DNA from: an uncultured Gammaproteobacteria bacterium
Lineage (GTDB): Bacteria; Patescibacteriota; Microgenomatia; PFEM01; CAYPPS01
Direction of reading: 5' to 3'
Assembly: GCA_964655765.1 (NCBI GenBank)
Contig: CAZZNI010000002.1
Span: 1 to 63,628 of the forward strand
DNA: 63,628 nucleotides
The notes under the pieces were generated by a model, which was given only the letters and a program-made list of their open reading frames with translations, had not been told where the DNA came from and did not search any database. Made by a program: the position numbers and the translations under genes. This document shows, in pieces, positions 17,816-28,260 of this stretch. Each line of letters begins with the position of its first letter. The stretch's first letter is position 1.

Positions 17816-19120
17816 GTTTAGACTAATTTTTCTGTGCAGCAACTTGTAGTAATTTTGGGCGAAACGGTGCGATTCGTCTCTGATTTGCTGAATTAATTTT
17901 AAAGCCGGTGAATTAGCCGCCAACTTAAGAGTTTTAAAACCATCAATTTTACCTTGATTAATTTGAGGAATAACCAATTTTTCTTCTTCTTTGGCAATGC
18001 CAATAAGATTGATCTGGCCAGTTAAATCCTTTTCTTTTAAAGCTGAAAAAGCGGCACTAACTTGGCCGCGGCCACCGTCAACTACTATAAGCTGTGGATA
18101 AAGCCACTCGGGGTGATTCAGACGGCGGCAAATTACCTGTCTAATACTTTCAGTGTCGTTTTGGTCAATTAAACTTTTTCTGTCGATGAAATTAATTTTA
18201 AAGCGGCGGTAAAGACCATTTTCTTTTGAACCGTTTACAAAAGCAACCATTGAGCCAACGATTAAGTTTTTGCCTAAGTTTGAAATATCAAAACCTTCGA
18301 TTTTGTTTAAGACAATCGGGTCAAAGCCTTGATATTTGACTAATAATTTTCGCAACATAAATAGCCCCTTTACTCTTTCTTGTTGGTGGGTGAAACCCTG
18401 AGCTTGTCGAAAGGTAACATGTTTTAGGGCAAGGATTTCTTGTTTTAAATAAAGCGCTTCTTCGTATTGTTGCTGCCGCGCCTTTACGCTCATTGTCTTT
18501 TCCATTTGTTTTAAAAGCAGTTTGGTTTGTCCGTTAAGTAAATTTCTTATCCGGCTAATTGTTTTTTTGTAATTAGCAGTAGGGACTTGGCACATGGCCG
18601 GACAGAGATTAATGTGTAGATAAAGACAACCCCTGGGTGGCATTTTGCACGGTGAACGAAAAGGGAAAATTTTACGAACAGTTTTAAGCACTTGACGGGC
18701 GGCATAAGCTGACGGGAACGGTCCGAACCAATCAAGTAATTTTTCTTCCATTTCCGGCCGTCTGGTTAAAAAGACGGCTGGATATTTTTCTTTTGAAATG
18801 GCAATGTAAAGATAGCGTTTGTTGTCTTTAAGACTGACATTAAATTTCGGCAAATATTCTTTAATTAATTTGGCTTCAAGAAGCAAAGCTTCAAATTCAC
18901 TTGAGGCGGTTAAAAAGTCGACTTGGTTAATTTGGCTGACTAATTTTTTGGTTTTTTGGTTTTTAACCGAAGGATAAAAGTAGCTAGCAACTCTTTTTTT
19001 TAAGTCGAGCGCCTTGCCGACATAGATGACTTTTTTGCTTTTATCTTTAAAAAAGTAAACTCCGGGCCGGTGAGGCAATTTCTTAACATCCACCCCCGGG
19101 GTGTAAGATTTTGTGGCCAT
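17804..19120 (-). CDS. uvrC: Excinuclease ABC subunit C (short form, no C-terminal HhH domain)
   Basis: GIY-YIG (PGVY...IYVGKA), Cys cluster, IEGFDIS, VDGGRGQ, RDESHRFA. Confidence 0.9.
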   Translation of the reverse strand: MATKSYTPGVDVKKLPHRPGVYFFKDKSKKVIYVGKALDLKKRVASYFYPSVKNQKTKKLVSQINQVDFLTASSEFEALLLEAKLIKEYLPKFNVSLKDNKRYLYIAISKEKYPAVFLTRRPEMEEKLLDWFGPFPSAYAARQVLKTVRKIFPFRSPCKMPPRGCLYLHINLCPAMCQVPTANYKKTISRIRNLLNGQTKLLLKQMEKTMSVKARQQQYEEALYLKQEILALKHVTFRQAQGFTHQQERVKGLFMLRKLLVKYQGFDPIVLNKIEGFDISNLGKNLIVGSMVAFVNGSKENGLYRRFKINFIDRKSLIDQNDTESIRQVICRRLNHPEWLYPQLIVVDGGRGQVSAAFSALKEKDLTGQINLIGIAKEEEKLVIPQINQGKIDGFKTLKLAANSPALKLIQQIRDESHRFAQNYYKLLHRKISLNLGS

Positions 19121-19122
19121 TT

Positions 19123-21801
19123 TTACTTTAGGTATTTTTTTAAGAAACTACCGGTAGCGGAATTTTTATTGTTGGCCACTTGCTTGACTGTGCCGACGGC
19201 AACAACCTGGCCGCCCTTTTCGCCTCCTTCAGGCCCCAGGTCTATCAGCCAGTCAGCGTTTTTAATGACATCGAGGTTGTGTTCAATGACGAAAACAGAA
19301 CTACCCTTATCAATTAATTTTCGTAGTGAAGAAAGTAGTTTTTCGATGTCAGCAAAATGAAGACCGGTAGTTGGTTCGTCAAGCAAATAAACCGTTTGGC
19401 CATTATTGGCCTTTACCAGTTCGCGGGCAATTTTCAGTCGTTGCGATTCGCCGCCGGAGAGGGTCGGTGATGGCTGTCCGAGAGATAGATAATCCAATCC
19501 GATCTCTTTTAAAACGGTTAATTTCTTGATGATTTTAGGAAAGCCGGCAAAAAACTCCAGTGCTTCCAAAACAGTCAGATCAAGAATTTGGGCAATGTTT
19601 TTTTCTTTAAATTCAACTTCCAAAACTTCCTGTTTAAACCGGTTGCCGTCGCATTCTTCACATTTAACCCAAACATCAGGTAGAAATTGCATTTCAATTT
19701 TTTGCTGGCCCTGGCCTTTGCAGGCTTCACAGCGGCCACCATCAACATTAAAAGAAAAAAAGCTTTGCGAAAAACCTTTTAATTTAGCTTCTCTGGTTTC
19801 GGTCATTAGGTCGCGGATGTCGGTAAAAACGCCAATATAAGTGGCTGGATTACTGCGAGAAGTTCGGCCGACCGGTGACTGGTCAACCATCAATACATTC
19901 CTGATTTCTTCAGCTCCGTTTAGTCTGCTGAAACTGCCGGCAATGTCTTTAAAATATTGGTCCAAGTGTTGTTTTAGCGCCGGGTAAAGAGTGTCGTTAA
20001 TTAGACTTGATTTGCCGGAGCCGGAAATACCGGTAATACAGGTTAAGGTATTAAGCGGAAAATCAACTTTAATATTTTTTAAATTGTGATGTTGGCAGCC
20101 GCTGATTGATAACTTTTTCTTATCGGCGGCATATTCCTTAAAACCGGCTGAAACCTGTTTTTTGCCGCTTAAGTATTTACCCAGCAGTGAATCGGGGTTT
20201 TTAATTACCTGATCAGGAGTGCCGGTGGCGATAATCTGACCGCCTTTTTTACCAGCCAACGGGCCAAATTCAATTAACCAGTCGGCTGAGCGGATAACTT
20301 CTTCATCGTGTTCAACAACCACAACGGTGTTGCCCAGGTCTCTTAAGGCGGTTAGAGTTTTGATTAATTTCTGAGTGTCTTTTTGGTGCAAGCCGACAGT
20401 TGGTTCGTCTAGGATGTAAAGGACGCCGGTTAGTCCGGTGCCGATTTGTGAAGACAATCTGATTCGCTGGGCTTCACCGACGGAAAGCGTTGAGGCGGTT
20501 CGATCAAGACTTAAGTAATCAACTCCGACTGCCAGTAAAAATTGCAACCGACTGTTAACTTCTTTGAGTAACGGTTCGGCAATTTCTTTTTCACTGGTGG
20601 TTAATTTTTGATTTAAAGCATTACTCCATTCCAGTAGTTTATTAAGTGGTAAAGCGCTAATATCGGCGATCGATGAATTATTAATAGTGATTGACAGTGC
20701 TTGTTTGTTTAGTCGTCGGCCGTTACAAGCCAAACAACTCTCTCTAACCATTAATTTTTCGATTTCCTGGCGAATGGCGTCGGAAGAGGTTCGATAATAT
20801 TGCGCTTCCAGCATCGAGGCTCGGTAGGGAGAAACTTTGTTGGCGTCGATTTTTAGCTTGACACCGATACCGTCACACTCCTCGCAAGCTCCTTGGGGCG
20901 AGTTAAAAGAAAACATTCTCGGTTCTATTTCTGGTAGTGAGATATTGCAAACCGGACAGGCAAAATTTTTAGAAAAAAGACTGTCTTGCTGTTGCTGTGG
21001 TTTTAAGGGGAAATCCAGGCCTTTGTCTAAGATGGCGGTTAAAATTACCAAGCCATTGCTGGTTTCCAGGGCAATTTCAACATCATCTTGGAGTCGTTTT
21101 TGGAATTCTTGGTCAAATTCTTTTTTTAAGTCTTTCAAATTCAAAGACAGCTTGTCGATTACCACTTCGATAGTGTGGCGGTTAGTTTTAATCAAAGCAA
21201 AATCATCATCAAGCCGTTTTAATTGGCCGTCAATCCGAATTTGGTCAAAACCTTTTTTAATTAAGTTCTTAAAAAGACTGTCAAATTCACCTTTTTTATC
21301 TCTTACCAGCGGAGCCAGAATGAAAAACCGCCCTCGGCCTGTTTTGGTGGTTTGATCTTTAATTTCTTGCCAGATTTGGCCGGTGATACTGGTACTGGTT
21401 GATCGTTCAATGGTGCGGCCACACTTGGGGCAATGAGGCAGTCCTAGCCTGGCAAAAAGGACTCGTAAATAGTCGTAAATTTCTGTGACCGTGCCAACAG
21501 TTGAGCGGGGATTGTGCGATAAGCCGTGTTGGTCAATGGCAATTGCTGGTGATAGTCCGGTAATGGCGTCAACTTCGGGCCGCTTCATCATCCCTAAAAA
21601 TTGTCTGGCATAAGAAGACAGTGACTCGACATATCGTCGCTGTCCCTCAGCGTAAAGAGTGTCCATTGCCAGTGATGATTTACCGGAACCAGAGACACCG
21701 GAAAAAACCACCAATTTGCCTTTGGGGATTTTAACGCTAACTCCTTTAAGGTTGTGTTCTCTGGCCCCAGTGATAGTGATGAATTGATTGTTATCTGTCA
21801 T
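19123..21801 (-). CDS. uvrA: Excinuclease ABC subunit A
   Basis: GAREHNLK, two GxSGSGKS motifs, zinc fingers, LSGGESQR. Confidence 0.97.
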   Translation of the reverse strand: MTDNNQFITITGAREHNLKGVSVKIPKGKLVVFSGVSGSGKSSLAMDTLYAEGQRRYVESLSSYARQFLGMMKRPEVDAITGLSPAIAIDQHGLSHNPRSTVGTVTEIYDYLRVLFARLGLPHCPKCGRTIERSTSTSITGQIWQEIKDQTTKTGRGRFFILAPLVRDKKGEFDSLFKNLIKKGFDQIRIDGQLKRLDDDFALIKTNRHTIEVVIDKLSLNLKDLKKEFDQEFQKRLQDDVEIALETSNGLVILTAILDKGLDFPLKPQQQQDSLFSKNFACPVCNISLPEIEPRMFSFNSPQGACEECDGIGVKLKIDANKVSPYRASMLEAQYYRTSSDAIRQEIEKLMVRESCLACNGRRLNKQALSITINNSSIADISALPLNKLLEWSNALNQKLTTSEKEIAEPLLKEVNSRLQFLLAVGVDYLSLDRTASTLSVGEAQRIRLSSQIGTGLTGVLYILDEPTVGLHQKDTQKLIKTLTALRDLGNTVVVVEHDEEVIRSADWLIEFGPLAGKKGGQIIATGTPDQVIKNPDSLLGKYLSGKKQVSAGFKEYAADKKKLSISGCQHHNLKNIKVDFPLNTLTCITGISGSGKSSLINDTLYPALKQHLDQYFKDIAGSFSRLNGAEEIRNVLMVDQSPVGRTSRSNPATYIGVFTDIRDLMTETREAKLKGFSQSFFSFNVDGGRCEACKGQGQQKIEMQFLPDVWVKCEECDGNRFKQEVLEVEFKEKNIAQILDLTVLEALEFFAGFPKIIKKLTVLKEIGLDYLSLGQPSPTLSGGESQRLKIARELVKANNGQTVYLLDEPTTGLHFADIEKLLSSLRKLIDKGSSVFVIEHNLDVIKNADWLIDLGPEGGEKGGQVVAVGTVKQVANNKNSATGSFLKKYLK

Positions 21802-21886
21802 TTTTGAACCTTTGGTAACAAAGGTTAATTATACTCCAAATAAAAGCCGAAAGTAAGACCCGCAAGAAGAGTTTTTGGTTGTGGGA

Positions 21887-24811
21887 CTATCTCGTTTTGC
21901 GAAGATAAAATAATGCCGCCGGAAGTAGGAGAAAGCCAAAAAATTCCAGTAATTGCGGCCAGAAAAAAACGATTATTTTGCTTTCATTTTCTTGTAGCTG
22001 CCAACCGTTGGCCCAATTATTAATTTCCATATGCTTTAATATTTTCGGTTTACCGGTTAAGCTAAAGGCCTGCCAGCCAATATCAAAAGATTGCGGCAAA
22101 ATTAAGGTTTTGCTTTCTTGCTGAATATTACTGACAGTATAAAACCACAAAAAATTGTAACTGACTGGATAAGTTGTTTGTTGATAAATATTTTTAGGCA
22201 GATCATTTTTTTCAAATCGGCTGGTTTGGATCAGTTCAAAAGGGAAAGGGATAATTTTAATGCTTTTAAGATGGTTGACTGACCAGTGGTTGTTAAAGGA
22301 AAGACTTTGTAAGGTCAGGTTGATACCATAATCAAAACCGGAAAAGGGTGGAATAATGAAATAAGCTTTAGTCCAATCCTTTTCAGTTTCTAGTTTGGTT
22401 GAAAAAAATTTATATTTATTATTTCCCCCCAAGGCGTAGGTATAAAGCGGTAATCTTTTCCCAAAACGGTATTCAATTTCAATTAACCAACCGTTGCTAA
22501 GCGGCAATTCAGGGAAATTAAAAGAAAGGGAGGCGTCGTCGTTTTGAGCCGAAAGACTAACAAAATGATCTTTATTTTCTTGTTGTAAAGTGGCGGCAGC
22601 CTGGCCATTTAAAGTGTCGTTCCAGCTTTTGGCTTCAATAAGCTCACCGGAGTTAAAAGTTTTTTGAATGTACCAAGGTGAATTAATTTTAGGTATTTTT
22701 AAAATTAACCGGTTGTTTTCTTGGACGATTTGATAAAAGATAAACACCGGGTCTGTTTCGGTCGGGATTAATAAGTTTTGATTGGCGGGATCAAAGATAA
22801 AAGAATAATTGTTGCCGGTTATATTTTCCGGCAGGTCTTTTGTCAGTAACCAATTATTTTCCTCCTCTTTTATTTCAAATTGCTGTTCTTTTTGAAAACG
22901 ATTAGTAAAAAGACTAAAAAATGGATAATAAAAATCAGGCTGTTGGGAATCAATTTGGTAACTATTGGTTGTTTTTAACATCGGGTCTTGGTGATAAAAA
23001 TCGGCCGGATTAGTACTTGGCAAAGATTCATTGGCAGAATAAATTGCAGTTGGTGTATCTGTTTCGTAAAGACTAAGACTGCCGAAAGTTTTTACCAGTT
23101 TTAATTTAGTTGATTTTTCAAGTAATTCCTTAGTATCTAAAGAAAGTTTGGCATATTCTTTTTCGCCGGGGAAAAAGACATTGTCGTCAAAAAGAATGTA
23201 GCTAACCCGGTACTTGGTTAAAATTTGTTCTAAAAGATTAAGATCTCTTTTTTGCAGGGCGTAATTAAGCTCCCAGTAGTACTGTTCGTTTTTCAAACTC
23301 CAGACATCAAAAGCCCGGTCTAAAATTGGCTGCTCGATGCCGTACCACAAAAAACCGGAACCTCTCATGCCCCAGCGGTAGAAGGTCCAGCCCCAATAAC
23401 TGCCTTGCGGCAGATTGGCTATTCGGGCGTTTTTATCTTCATGCTTAAAATAGTCAATTAATTCAAAATACTCTCGGGGAATGTTAACTTGCATTTTGTC
23501 ATAGAAAAGGTTGCCGTTAAAAACCGGTAAGGCTGAATATATCAAGCCGACAGCTATTATTACTGTGGCCAGTCGTGAAAGTAATTTCTTTTTTAGTAGA
23601 GAGACAATTTTTTCTATTCCAAGAGCAAAAAAACAGGAAAAGACAAAAATCACCGGGACAATAAATTTAGTTAGTGGCGCCCTAAAGGTTTGGTTTAAAA
23701 ATGAAGACTGTCTTAAGGCAAGATTAATAAAAGAAAAAGGCAAATTATCGGAAACAAAAGCAATGGCTCCGAGCAACAGGATTAAAAACAAACTTAAATG
23801 AATAACGTTAATTTTTTTCCTAACTATTTTTGTAAAAGTTAAGACGATTCCAGCTAAAACGACTAAGGCGATTACCAATTGGCTGGCTAAAACAATCGGA
23901 TTGTCAAAGTGTTTCTGCCAAACTGCCATTAACGGTTCTTTAAGGTCGTAGTAGTCAAGGTAGTGGCCTTTAAGAAGAAGAAAATCAAAATAGCCTCCTC
24001 TTGCTTGACTGCGAGCAAAAGTTTCTTGAGAAGCGATTTGATTACCGATTCCCAAGAGTGGATTTTCTAAATTGTTAACCAAAAAGTAAGTAAACGGCAG
24101 CAGCCAAAAGCCGTTACTAAGAAAGATTAGGCTGAAAGTTTTTAAAATCGTTTTTAAGTAAGTCTTTATCTTGTGTCGTTGTTTGGTGATCAAAAAAGAA
24201 ATTGCGATCAAACCAAGACAGAAAAGATAAACCAAAAAAATTGTTTGTAAATAAAAAGAAGGTGTGGCAAGAAGGTTGATTAAAAACAGCTTTAACCAGT
24301 TTTTTCTAACCGGTTTTTCCAAAGTTTGCCAAAATATTAAAATCAGCCAGGAAAAGAAGCCCCAAAAACAGGAAAATGGTTCAAAAGGCACCCAAAAAAT
24401 TTGGATAGTGCCAAAGTTAAGCAAATAGAACAGTGAACCCAAAAAAGCACCGATGTGATTAATTTTTAGTTTGTTTTTAAGTAAGGAAAAAATACCAAAA
24501 GTACCCACTCCAAGCATAAAAAGATGCCAAAAGTAGCGTAGGTAGTTAGCCGGCATAATCAAACTAAATGGCAATAAGATTAATTGTCTAACTAAGTCAG
24601 CCGCGTGAGCCATGCCACCAACCAGCCCCAATCCTTGGTATTCCTGCCAAACGGCTACCAGCGACCGTTTTATGTTCATGACAAGATTCAGTTCAGGCAT
24701 TAAGTTATCCCAGCCTGCCAGCCAAGTGCCGCTTTTAATATTGGCCAAAGAGATTACTGCCAGAAATAAAGCCAGTGTTAATAGCGGCCAGTGTTTTTTT
24801 AAAAATTTCAT
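21887..24811 (-). CDS. Large multi-TM glycosyltransferase-like (GT-C/AftD/YfhO-like) membrane protein
   Basis: About 12 N-terminal TM segments, large soluble domain, C-terminal NNWANGW plus a final TM; in an operon with GT4 and GT2. Confidence 0.65.
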   Translation of the reverse strand: MKFLKKHWPLLTLALFLAVISLANIKSGTWLAGWDNLMPELNLVMNIKRSLVAVWQEYQGLGLVGGMAHAADLVRQLILLPFSLIMPANYLRYFWHLFMLGVGTFGIFSLLKNKLKINHIGAFLGSLFYLLNFGTIQIFWVPFEPFSCFWGFFSWLILIFWQTLEKPVRKNWLKLFLINLLATPSFYLQTIFLVYLFCLGLIAISFLITKQRHKIKTYLKTILKTFSLIFLSNGFWLLPFTYFLVNNLENPLLGIGNQIASQETFARSQARGGYFDFLLLKGHYLDYYDLKEPLMAVWQKHFDNPIVLASQLVIALVVLAGIVLTFTKIVRKKINVIHLSLFLILLLGAIAFVSDNLPFSFINLALRQSSFLNQTFRAPLTKFIVPVIFVFSCFFALGIEKIVSLLKKKLLSRLATVIIAVGLIYSALPVFNGNLFYDKMQVNIPREYFELIDYFKHEDKNARIANLPQGSYWGWTFYRWGMRGSGFLWYGIEQPILDRAFDVWSLKNEQYYWELNYALQKRDLNLLEQILTKYRVSYILFDDNVFFPGEKEYAKLSLDTKELLEKSTKLKLVKTFGSLSLYETDTPTAIYSANESLPSTNPADFYHQDPMLKTTNSYQIDSQQPDFYYPFFSLFTNRFQKEQQFEIKEEENNWLLTKDLPENITGNNYSFIFDPANQNLLIPTETDPVFIFYQIVQENNRLILKIPKINSPWYIQKTFNSGELIEAKSWNDTLNGQAAATLQQENKDHFVSLSAQNDDASLSFNFPELPLSNGWLIEIEYRFGKRLPLYTYALGGNNKYKFFSTKLETEKDWTKAYFIIPPFSGFDYGINLTLQSLSFNNHWSVNHLKSIKIIPFPFELIQTSRFEKNDLPKNIYQQTTYPVSYNFLWFYTVSNIQQESKTLILPQSFDIGWQAFSLTGKPKILKHMEINNWANGWQLQENESKIIVFFWPQLLEFFGFLLLPAALFYLRKTR

Positions 24812-26013
24812 TTGTTTAAACTTAAAACAGTTAAGTAATCTTTGGCGATTTTAGACCACGATCGACTTTCTTTTAAAAACCGGCTTAAATTTTCAAACTG
24901 CTTTTTTTTCTTTTTTACATTGGCGATTTTGTTTTCCAGATCGTTTTTACTGTTGGGGTCAAAAAGAATTTCTTGGTAAGAAAGGTTAGTCTTTTCAAGC
25001 GCTTTTTTAAAATCATCGGAGGCAAGATAATTTTTAAGACTTTCGGAAAGTAAAAACGGTTTTTGATAAGCAAAAGCCAGTGACAATGGACCGGAGGACG
25101 AAAAAAAGACCTGGTAGGGAAGTAAAACTAGGTCGGCGGCACAAAACAGTGGGGCAATTTTTTCCTCCGCTACAAAACCGGTGGTAATAATACCTTTCTT
25201 TTTGGCAATTGATTTAATTTTTTTAACAAAGTCGGCGTAAGCTTTTTCTTTCAAGTGGTTAGGGTTGCCGTCTCCTGCCAAGATTAATTTATTGTCATTT
25301 GTATTTGGCCAGTTTTTAACCAGCAGATCAACGCCTTTATAAGGTGACAAAAAACCAAAGTAGAGGGCGTGAAATTTTTCGCTGCCGAAACCAAACTGTT
25401 TGTGAGCCTTTTCTTTCTTTATCATTTCAATTTCTTCAACTGCATGGGGGATAAAAATAGCCTTTTTGCTATTCCCTAAAATCTTTTTAAAGTACTGTTC
25501 AAACACAATTACTTTGTCGCTTGAAGCAAGGACAAGTTCTTTGAACAAGAAATTGATTTTGTTTAAAAAGAAAGCTTTAATTTTATTTTTCTCTATCAGG
25601 TTAAAATCTTCAACCACTTGGTGTAAAACTAAAACTGGTTTAACCCCTATAATTCTAAGCAAGAAAAGACCGGTTAAAAACAAGCCGGAAAAAAGGAAAG
25701 AACCAAACATAAAACCTTCAAAACAAATTAAAGTCGGCACAAACCTGTTGGTAAAAATTTGCCTTAACAGCTTAAAGACAGAAAAGAAATTATTTCTTTG
25801 CCAAACTCGCTTAATTGAAATACCCTTTTCTTCATAAATTTCTTGTTTACCAAATTTTTCCGCTAAAACCACTATCTTTAAATCAGGTTTTGCCTTTTTT
25901 AAGGCCAGCAGAGTGTTTTTGCTGTAAGAAGCAACGCCAACGGTTTTTTTGCCGTGAGTTAACCCTTTTTCGGGATAGCTGGAGATAACCAGTAATTTTT
26001 TTTCTTTTGTCAT
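24808..26013 (-). CDS. Glycosyltransferase family 4
   Basis: FGFLSPYKG, ADLVLLPY, SSGPL. Confidence 0.85.
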   Translation of the reverse strand: MTKEKKLLVISSYPEKGLTHGKKTVGVASYSKNTLLALKKAKPDLKIVVLAEKFGKQEIYEEKGISIKRVWQRNNFFSVFKLLRQIFTNRFVPTLICFEGFMFGSFLFSGLFLTGLFLLRIIGVKPVLVLHQVVEDFNLIEKNKIKAFFLNKINFLFKELVLASSDKVIVFEQYFKKILGNSKKAIFIPHAVEEIEMIKKEKAHKQFGFGSEKFHALYFGFLSPYKGVDLLVKNWPNTNDNKLILAGDGNPNHLKEKAYADFVKKIKSIAKKKGIITTGFVAEEKIAPLFCAADLVLLPYQVFFSSSGPLSLAFAYQKPFLLSESLKNYLASDDFKKALEKTNLSYQEILFDPNSKNDLENKIANVKKKKKQFENLSRFLKESRSWSKIAKDYLTVLSLNK

Positions 26014-26038
26014 TTTCCCTCTTTCTCTTAAAGAGATT

Positions 26039-26821
26039 TTACTTACAAATGAAGTTGGGACACAAGGAAGTTTTTTTGAAAGAGGGAAGAAAAAACAAAG
26101 AATAGTTTAGTTTGATCTTAATAAGCTCAATAAAACTTAACGGTAGGTCTCGAACCAAATTAACCCGGGAATGGCCGTTGTCTTTCCAGTCAACCGGCAC
26201 TTCTTTGACGATTAGATTAAATTTCTGGGCTAAAAACAGAATTTCAGCGTCAAAACTCCAGCGTTCGGTTTTTAAGTTGCTAAAGATAACCTCTTTGCTA
26301 TCTTTGGAAAAAGCTTTAAAACCGCAGGTAAAATCGCTTACATTGGTGCCAAGTAAAAGATTGGCAATAGAGGTAAAGCCTCTGCCCAAAGCTTGTCTTA
26401 ATAGCGACTGGGCCTTGATTATTTTAGACTGGCCGCTTTTACGGGTGCCGATAATGACCGGAATGCCTGTTTTCATTAATGGCACGAATTTTTTGATTTC
26501 CGACAGTGGGGTAGAAATGTCAGCGTCAGAAAAAAGAGTATAGTCGGTACCAGAGACAAGCATACCTTGTTTAACGGCATAACCCTTGCCGTGGTTTTCC
26601 GTATAAGAAATAATTTCCACCTTTACCTTTAAAGTTTTTTCTATTTCCTTTTTGCTTTTTCTTAAGATAAGTAAAGTTTTGTCGGTTGAGCCGTCATTAA
26701 CAAAGATGACTTTTTGAAAACCCAGGCCACGAAAAGAAAAACCCTTTTTCAGGGTTTCGATTGTTTTTTCAATTCTCTTTTCTTCGTTAAAGACTGGTAT
26801 AACCAAATTTAAACTTTTCAT
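26039..26821 (-). CDS. Polyprenyl-phosphate glycosyltransferase (GT2, Alg5/DPM1-like)
   Basis: IPVFNEE, VNDGSTD, GKGYAV, FSDADIS, DFTCGFKAF, FDAEIL. Confidence 0.9.
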   Translation of the reverse strand: MKSLNLVIPVFNEEKRIEKTIETLKKGFSFRGLGFQKVIFVNDGSTDKTLLILRKSKKEIEKTLKVKVEIISYTENHGKGYAVKQGMLVSGTDYTLFSDADISTPLSEIKKFVPLMKTGIPVIIGTRKSGQSKIIKAQSLLRQALGRGFTSIANLLLGTNVSDFTCGFKAFSKDSKEVIFSNLKTERWSFDAEILFLAQKFNLIVKEVPVDWKDNGHSRVNLVRDLPLSFIELIKIKLNYSLFFLPSFKKTSLCPNFICK

Positions 26822-26869
26822 CTCACTCTTTTATCTTTGAAACCAAAGTTTCCAAAACAAAAGGGTGAA

Positions 26870-26919
26870 TCTCAGGCCGGTTAGGCGGTTTGCGGGCAAA
26901 TAAGCCTGCCGGCCTGAGA
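26870..26919 (-). terminator. Long GC-rich stem-loop downstream of 26930-27373
   Basis: TCTCAGGCCGG...CCGGCCTGAGA outer stem with inner pairing; U tract weak. Confidence 0.55.
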
Positions 26920-26929
26920 GACTCGAGGG

Positions 26930-27373
26930 TCATTGAATAGGGGTCGTTCCGTCCCAATTGCAGAGGGAATTGTAGGCAGTGATTTTGAGGGAAATCACCT
27001 TTGTGGGGGTGATCGTGATGGATCTCCACCAATCAGGCGAATAGCTCCCTGCTTGCCCCATGGTTTGGTTGAATGATGTTACATCTGGGTCAAAGTCTAC
27101 ACAGATTCCGGATGGTAATGTTGAGGTGAAGACCTCTCCTCTTGCTTCGGAATCAGAGTTCCCAATGACCCACCCAACTGCGACGAGACTTTCGTCGGGA
27201 TTGGTGTGATTGACTACAGTCAGGGGCGCGGCGGTATCGAAGTATGCATGGGCTTCTTCGACTGTTTGTGGCGCTGGTCCAGCAGGGCCCCAAAAGAGTC
27301 CTCCGCCGGCAAAAGCAATTCCACTTATCGATATCGTTAAACCCAAAACAAACAGAAACTTCACAAGTTTCAT
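26930..27373 (-). CDS. Secreted hypothetical protein
   Basis: SD AAGGAGG, signal peptide ending AFA, two Cys. Confidence 0.7.
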   Translation of the reverse strand: MKLVKFLFVLGLTISISGIAFAGGGLFWGPAGPAPQTVEEAHAYFDTAAPLTVVNHTNPDESLVAVGWVIGNSDSEARGEVFTSTLPSGICVDFDPDVTSFNQTMGQAGSYSPDWWRSITITPTKVISLKITAYNSLCNWDGTTPIQ

Positions 27374-27565
27374 GACAAACCTCCTTATTTTGTTTGATAG
27401 CCCGCGGGCTGGATACGCGCGAGTTGGATACCCAAGCCGCGGACTACCTTATATCAAAAGAAGGATAATAACCCTCGAATTTAAATGTGCTTATTGTTGA
27501 GAACAAGGGGTTAAACGCAAAGCTGTTTAGCCTTGAGCCCAACCTGAAGTCCTCAAGGAGCTCTT

Positions 27566-28204
27566 TTATCTGCTTAGAAGTTCACCTCGGCCGATTTTTC
27601 TGATTAGAATACCGGCACCGATAATTGATGTGGCAAGAAGGGTGGCGATTAAAGTGTTGCCGCCTGATTCAGGTAGTGTTTCCTGTCCTAAAATTCTGGT
27701 ATCAATACAAAATTGAGCCGTGTCGGAATCATATTCATCAGTTTCACTTCTGCCTTCAGCCTTGTTGTTAACACAAAAGAGCCGGCCTTGCTCAAGGCTG
27801 TCATTATTTTTAATTTGGGCTTTGATGTAAAATTCCTTTTCTTCCCCTTCGCCTAATCGGTCAATATGCCAGGTAACATCATGGTTGCCCTCATTGTATT
27901 CGCCCGGGTATTCAATTGGTTTTATCTGGGAAGGAAGAGCATCAATAACTTTAATATTCTTTAGTTCTTCGTCGCCGGTGTTCTTAACTTTTATTTTGAA
28001 TTCAACATAATTTTCGCCAGCGAATGTGATTACTTCACTGGAGAGGTTTTCGTGCCAATTATCTTGAGAGGGGGCTTTTACTTCCTTATCAACAACAATT
28101 TGCCGACCGTCTTCGTCGGTGTCATAGTCGTTTGCCTCTATTGCTTTTGGGGCAACAAAGAAAAGACTTAAAAGCATTAACAGGGTCAGAATCTTTTTGT
28201 TCAT
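27566..28204 (-). CDS. DUF11-like Ig domain surface protein with LPxSG sorting signal
   Basis: Signal peptide, FKIKVKNTG...DALP, then ILGQETLPESG, TM and basic tail. Confidence 0.8.
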   Translation of the reverse strand: MNKKILTLLMLLSLFFVAPKAIEANDYDTDEDGRQIVVDKEVKAPSQDNWHENLSSEVITFAGENYVEFKIKVKNTGDEELKNIKVIDALPSQIKPIEYPGEYNEGNHDVTWHIDRLGEGEEKEFYIKAQIKNNDSLEQGRLFCVNNKAEGRSETDEYDSDTAQFCIDTRILGQETLPESGGNTLIATLLATSIIGAGILIRKIGRGELLSR

Positions 28205-28260
28205 AAAAACTTATTTCCTAACTATGGGATATTATACCAGAGATGGTTTTAATGTCAAGA

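Noticed and set aside
20837-21355. 172-aa plus-strand ORF and similar antisense ORFs over uvrA, uvrB, GT genes and tsaC/E
   Set aside because: Antisense shadows of well-supported genes.
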